Assembly: GCF_963921235.1 (NCBI RefSeq)
Contig: NC_086108.1
Location: 8,370,001 to 8,434,000, forward strand
Direction: 5' to 3'
Length of the DNA stretch: 64,000 bases
DNA from: Mobula hypostoma
Taxonomy: Eukaryota
A model generated the notes under the pieces. That model was not told where the DNA came from. It did not search any database and was given only the letters and a program-made list of their open reading frames with translations. The position numbers and the translations under genes were made by a program. The number at the start of each line of letters is the position of its first letter. The first letter of the stretch is position 1. Positions 61,763-64,000 of this stretch are shown piece after piece.

Positions 61763-64000
61763 CAAGGGGCAGCTCTTTACCAGGTTTGGGGAACAAAGTG
61801 AGGGAGAGAGGAGGGGAGGGGGAGGTGGAGGGGATCAAGGATAGGGGAGCGAGGGGGTAGGGTAGGGGTAGGGGAGAGAGTGGGGAGGGGAAAGGAGAGG
61901 GGAGAGGGGGAGGAGAGGGGTAGGTAGAAGAGGGGGTGGGGAGAGAGGGGTTAGAGGAGAGGGGGAGAGGAGGGAACGGAGAGGAGGAAGAGATGCGGAG
62001 AAGAGAGGAAGGGGAAGAGAGGTGAGTGGGGGGAGGAGAGAGGTCCTACGTCTATGGTTGTGTGCTGGAAACTCAGCTGAATCTCAATCATTTATTATCA
62101 TTGATACACAGCACTGTGCTTATATATTAAGTTCAAAGTAAATTTTATTATCAATGATATGTCACCATATACAATCCTGAAGTTGATTTTCTTGCAGGCA
62201 TACTTAGTAAGTCAATTGAATAATAACTATAACAGAATCAATGAAAGACCACCCAACGTGAGTATTTAACCAGAGTACAACAAACTGTGCAAATTCAAAA
62301 AGAAGAAATAATAATGGGTAAATAAGCAAAAAAAATTGAGAACATGAGATGAAGAATCCTTGAAAGTGAGTCCATTGGTGTGGGAACATTTCAGTGATGG
62401 GGCGAGTGAAGTTGTCCCCTTTGATTCAGGAGCCTGATGGTTGAGGGGTAATAAATGTTCCTGAACCTGGTGATGTGGATCCTGAGGCTCCTGTACCTTC
62501 TACCTGATGACAGCAGTGAGAAGACAGCATGGCCTGGGTGTTGAGGATCTCTGACGATGGATGCTGCTTTCCTACGACAGCGTTTCATGTAGATGTGCTC
62601 AGTGCTAGGCAGGCAGGGTGCCTAAGACTTTTGCACAGGACTGTATTTGTCAACGTGGAGCAGAGAGAGAGCTTGTAAATCTGACAGGAGCAAAGGATGT
62701 TGGGGATGGTGAGTGTGGAGTGTGGGACAGGAAGGGAGTGCGAGGGGCGAGGGATGGTGCAGGTACAGACACAACCAGCCCTGAGACACCAGGCAAGGCC
62801 ATTTCATTCCAAACAACTGGTTTATTGATCATTACAGTATGTCTCTCTGATGCTTCCTGCTCCCTCCCCTCCCTCCTCTCCACGATTCCCCTCTCCCTGT
62901 CCCCCTCCCACTCTCAGTCATCGTCCACAATAGAGACCCATATCAGAATCAGGTTTATCATATGTCATGAATTTGCTCTTTATTTTGCGGCAGCAGTACA
63001 GTGCGATACATAAAATTGCTGTAGTACGCTGCAGAAGTCTTGGGAACCCGGGCTATTGTAGACACCACTGTTGCTGACCATATCAAAGGTGGTGAAGAGT
63101 CAGCATAGAGGAGGGAGATGGAAAATCTGACTCAGTGGAGCCACAACTACAACCTCTCACTCAGTGTCAGCAAGCTGAAGGAGCCGATTATAGACTTCGG
63201 GAGAAGGAAACCAGAGGTCCCTGAGCCAGTCCTCACTGAAAGGTCAGAGCCGGGGTGGGGGGTGGTATTAGCAACTTTAAATTCCTCAGTGTTATTATTT
63301 CGGAGAACCCGTCCTGCTCCCAGCATGCAGGGGCAACGACAGAGAAAGCATGGCATCATCTCTCCTTCCTTAGGAGTTTGAAGAGATTCAGCATGACACC
63401 TAAAACTTTGACAGACTTCTATAGATGTGTAGTGGAGAATGTATTGACGGGCTGCATCACGGCCTGGTATGGACACACCAATGCCTCTGAATGGAAAATC
63501 CTACAAAAAGTAGTGAATATGGTTCGGTCCATTATGGGTAAAGGCCTCCCTACCACTGAGCACATCTACATGAAACGCTGTCGTAGGAAAGCAGCATCCA
63601 TCGTCAGAGATCCCCAACACCCAGGCCATGCTCTCTTCTCACTGCTGTCATCAGGTAGAAGGTACAGGGGTCTCTGGACCCACACCACCAGGTTCAGGAA
63701 CATTTATTACCCCTCAACCATCAGGGTCCTGAATCAAAGGGGACAACTTCACTCACCCATCACTGAAATGTTCCCACACCAATGGACTCACTTTCAAGGA
63801 TTCTTCATCTCATGTTCTCAATGTCTTTTTTGCTTATTTACCCATTATTATTTCTTCTTTTTGAATTTGCACAGTTTGTTGTACTCTGGTTAAACACCCA
63901 AGTTTGGTGGTCTTTCATTGATTCTGTTATAGTTATTATTCAATTGATTTATTAAGTATGCCTGCAAGAAAATCAACTTCAGGATTGTATATGGTGACAT

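Larger units (their letters stand above)
11104..64000. repeat. Complex amplicon of modules repeated in direct and inverted orientation
   Basis: The same blocks (MITE block, Rex1 fragment, pyrimidine tract + CTCF core + CR1 fragment, Chapaev fragment, L1) recur 2-11 times on both strands; mirrored by duplicated ORFs in the ORF track. Confidence 0.95.

Overview
Eukaryotic (vertebrate) genomic DNA. The repeat repertoire (CR1, Rex1/Babar, L1, RTE, Penelope-like and V-SINE-like elements) suggests a cartilaginous fish, probably a ray; this is inference. No host protein-coding gene could be supported. Bases 1 to ~11,100 are an ordinary mosaic of decayed transposon fragments plus a G-rich minisatellite. 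From ~11,100 to the end, the window is a rearranged amplicon built from a few modules repeated in both orientations. It contains fold-back inversions, a ~21 kb imperfect palindrome centred near 36 kb, and a ~7.2 kb higher-order tandem repeat. The amplified modules are almost entirely old TE fragments. The exception is a short non-TE segment with a near-consensus CTCF motif (CCACCAGAGGGCGC), inside an 86-bp stretch that reads identical in all 10 copies and survives every deletion. This gives a bidirectional CTCF-site array, which is the best candidate for a novel system. Also present are two near-full-length CR1 LINEs, a 5'-inverted (twin-primed) L1 with a 14-bp TSD, minimal hammerhead ribozymes, internally deleted Chapaev-type DNA transposons and a ~70-bp Tc1-like MITE. 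All alignments were done by eye, so boundaries are approximate.
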